Below are positions 61,734-64,000 of a DNA stretch of 64,000 nt, in pieces (within the stretch, counting starts at the first letter, position 1; each line of letters starts with the position of its first letter). This stretch comes from Callorhinchus milii (Eukaryota). Below the pieces are notes generated by a model. The model saw only the letters and a list, made by a program, of their open reading frames with translations, was not told where the DNA came from and did no database searches. The stretch covers positions 61,134,001-61,198,000 of the forward strand of contig NW_024704743.1 in the NCBI RefSeq assembly GCF_018977255.1, in the 5' to 3' direction. A program made the position numbers and the translations under genes.

Positions 61734-63342
61734 GTAAGTCATGAAAAGTAAATGATTTGTCTTGAAGACTGATAATATTGATACATCAAAATGAATAAGT
61801 CATATACAGGACATGGTATTTTAAAAAGCTTTTTTTATGTTTTATAATCTTTATTTGTACATTTTATTATTACCATTATAATACAGGGAAGGATTGAAGA
61901 CTGGTTGAATAGTTGTTCTTTGCCACTGTTGCACCCTCTCACAACTGACTTAGCAGCAACAACAACAGCTTACATTTATATAATGCCCTTCATGCAGAGT
62001 AGCACTTAGAAACCCAGCAGTATTGGCAGAGGGTTATATTTGTCTTGACCACAATATGAGTTGCTGAAAAATGTAAATAAAAAGGCAGTAAATTATGTGT
62101 CTGAAACAAAAATTGAAAAACATATTTTCAAAAGCAGCAAAGCTTTGCATAAGGTTGAAGCATCGAAAAGCACACAGCAGCATAAAGCTTTGATTTTTTT
62201 TAATATATAAAATTAAAATTTTTCAATACTGAATAGAAGCAATGGCTAATAAAAACATCCCTGGCATTTCCACTCTTATAATGCTGTACTACGTTTGCCA
62301 TTGATTAGTCCTGTTAATAGTTCGCACCCTGTAGTCTTTAAGTCTAATGTATTCAATTCTTGATGATTCTGCATGTTCTTCAGAAATACATTTACCCAAG
62401 TTGTTTAGCAAAATATGCTTTACTAAATGTTCACTCTGGGTGAGCAGATCCAATCTAACAAAAGTACTTATGCTCACTCAGTTGTAAAGGAACATTTTCA
62501 ATCATGAAGGAATGTCTTCCATGTGTTGATATATTCGTACTGAACCCATATAAGGACTGCAGGGAAATAACTACAAGTTAGACTAATGTCACTGCTGTCA
62601 GTCAGCAAGTCCCAACTCGACTTGTTTGTCAGACAGAATAAATGTTACACTTGTAAGTCTTACTCTGAAAATGATCGATTGCACGCTCCTGTTTTCAATA
62701 GTATCCCACTTTTAGTGTTTGGAATGAAGTCCGTACAGCAACATAGACTGGAAATGTCAGGTAAGTTTTTATTGGCTATTGCTTCTAGAAAAATTGAACT
62801 TTTATATATTTCTTTAAAAAATCAAAGCTTTATGTTGCTGTGTGCTTTTTGATGTACTTTCAGAGAATCCCAAGTCATTATGTATTGCATTCTCATTTCT
62901 GTCCCGCCAAGCAGAGCCACTGAGCATGGAGCTGACAGTGAACCTTTATGGACTGTGGTCCTGTCGTGTGCCCACTGCCCTGATAGTTATAGAAGAAATT
63001 AATTACATGGAATGAAATAGTTCCTATCCCCAACTCAGGTGCTTTGCAAGCACTTTGAAATGTCGTCCTGACATGAAAGGGGCTACATAAGTGTAAATTG
63101 TATAAGTATTGTATAAATTATCTAGGTTGGTGTTATATATACTCCACAAGAATCTCCTCCATCATATTCCACTCAGTTCCCTTCTACCTCATGCATGCAT
63201 CAAGTTTTCTTTACATTCATGTGTTTTACTTCAACCACAGCTTCTGGTATTGAGTTCCACATTGTCACTTCTCTGCATGAAGACGTTTCTCTTGAACTCG
63301 AACTCCCATTTAGATCTGCTGCAAATTATTTTATTCATTGTG

Positions 63343-63740
63343 TGTCAGCAAGGCTGAGTTGGTAGCATTCTCACCTCTGAGTCAGATGCTTGTGGATTCA
63401 AGTTCCTCATCGGGACTTGGAACCTTATAGTGCGTGCTATCAATTCAATGCAATGATGGGGGTGTGATGCATTTTAGAGGTGCCATCCTTCAGCTGAGAC
63501 TTTAAATTGAGGTCCCTCCTGCCTGTTCAGCTGGCCGTTAAAGGCGCTATTTGAAAAGAGAGTTTTCCTGGTGTCCTGGCTCCATTGATTCCATGGCTGT
63601 TTATGGAACATTGCCATGTATAGATTGGCCACATTGAACCACAAAACAAAGTTACATCATTCTACAGTGTGCCCTGTACTCACTTTGAGATGTCTCAACA
63701 ACATGATAAGGCGCTATATCAAATGCAAGGAATATTATTA
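63343..63740 (+). mobile_element. Old Deu-domain SINE
   Basis: GGCTGAGTTGGTAGCATTCTCACCTCTGAGTCAGA head, Deu-like core, tail GATAAGGCGCTATATCAAATGCAAGG. Confidence 0.78.
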
Positions 63741-64000
63741 TGCCCCCTTACCAATAAGTAGAAGCAGCCTACTTTATTGCATATCCTGATTAACCCAGCT
63801 AATCCAGAACTTTGTAACATAGATTCAATGTTGATGTGTTGGGAGTGCTGGGAAATGTAGTGCTTTGTCAAAATCCCAGGCAATCTGGTCAAAAGTAGCT
63901 GAAACTGCACAGGAGCTAAGAATGCTTTGTGTTCCATCAAATGTTTGTCTTATAGTTTTTGTTTTGTGTTTGCTCATGGATAGTAGATGCATACTGCCAT

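Overview
Repeat-rich vertebrate genomic DNA, most likely from a cartilaginous fish (chimaera or shark), judged from the CR1/HER1-type tails, L2 LINEs, Deu-domain SINEs and a young tRNA-Ala SINE. Two protein-coding genes are arranged head-to-head about 12.9 kb apart. HEPACAM2 is on the minus strand (coding exons 1-3 at 19483-13369; the remaining exons appear to lie left of the window). ELP2, Elongator subunit 2, is on the plus strand (coding exons 1-13 at 32357-61733, continuing past the right edge). All 16 exons have canonical GT-AG boundaries and consistent phases. Most of the remainder is transposon-derived. The notable items are: (i) a decayed non-LTR reverse transcriptase unlike the host L2/CR1 families, bracketed by L2/SINE tails in ELP2 intron 2; (ii) two CR1 copies sharing identical inactivating lesions, implying a non-autonomous master; (iii) a 752-bp element with a 16-bp TIR and 4-bp TSD; (iv) a decayed Penelope-type hammerhead motif; (v) modular LINE/SINE tail sharing. 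Family names come from recalled knowledge, not database searches. Repeat boundaries are approximate unless a TSD or TIR is given.
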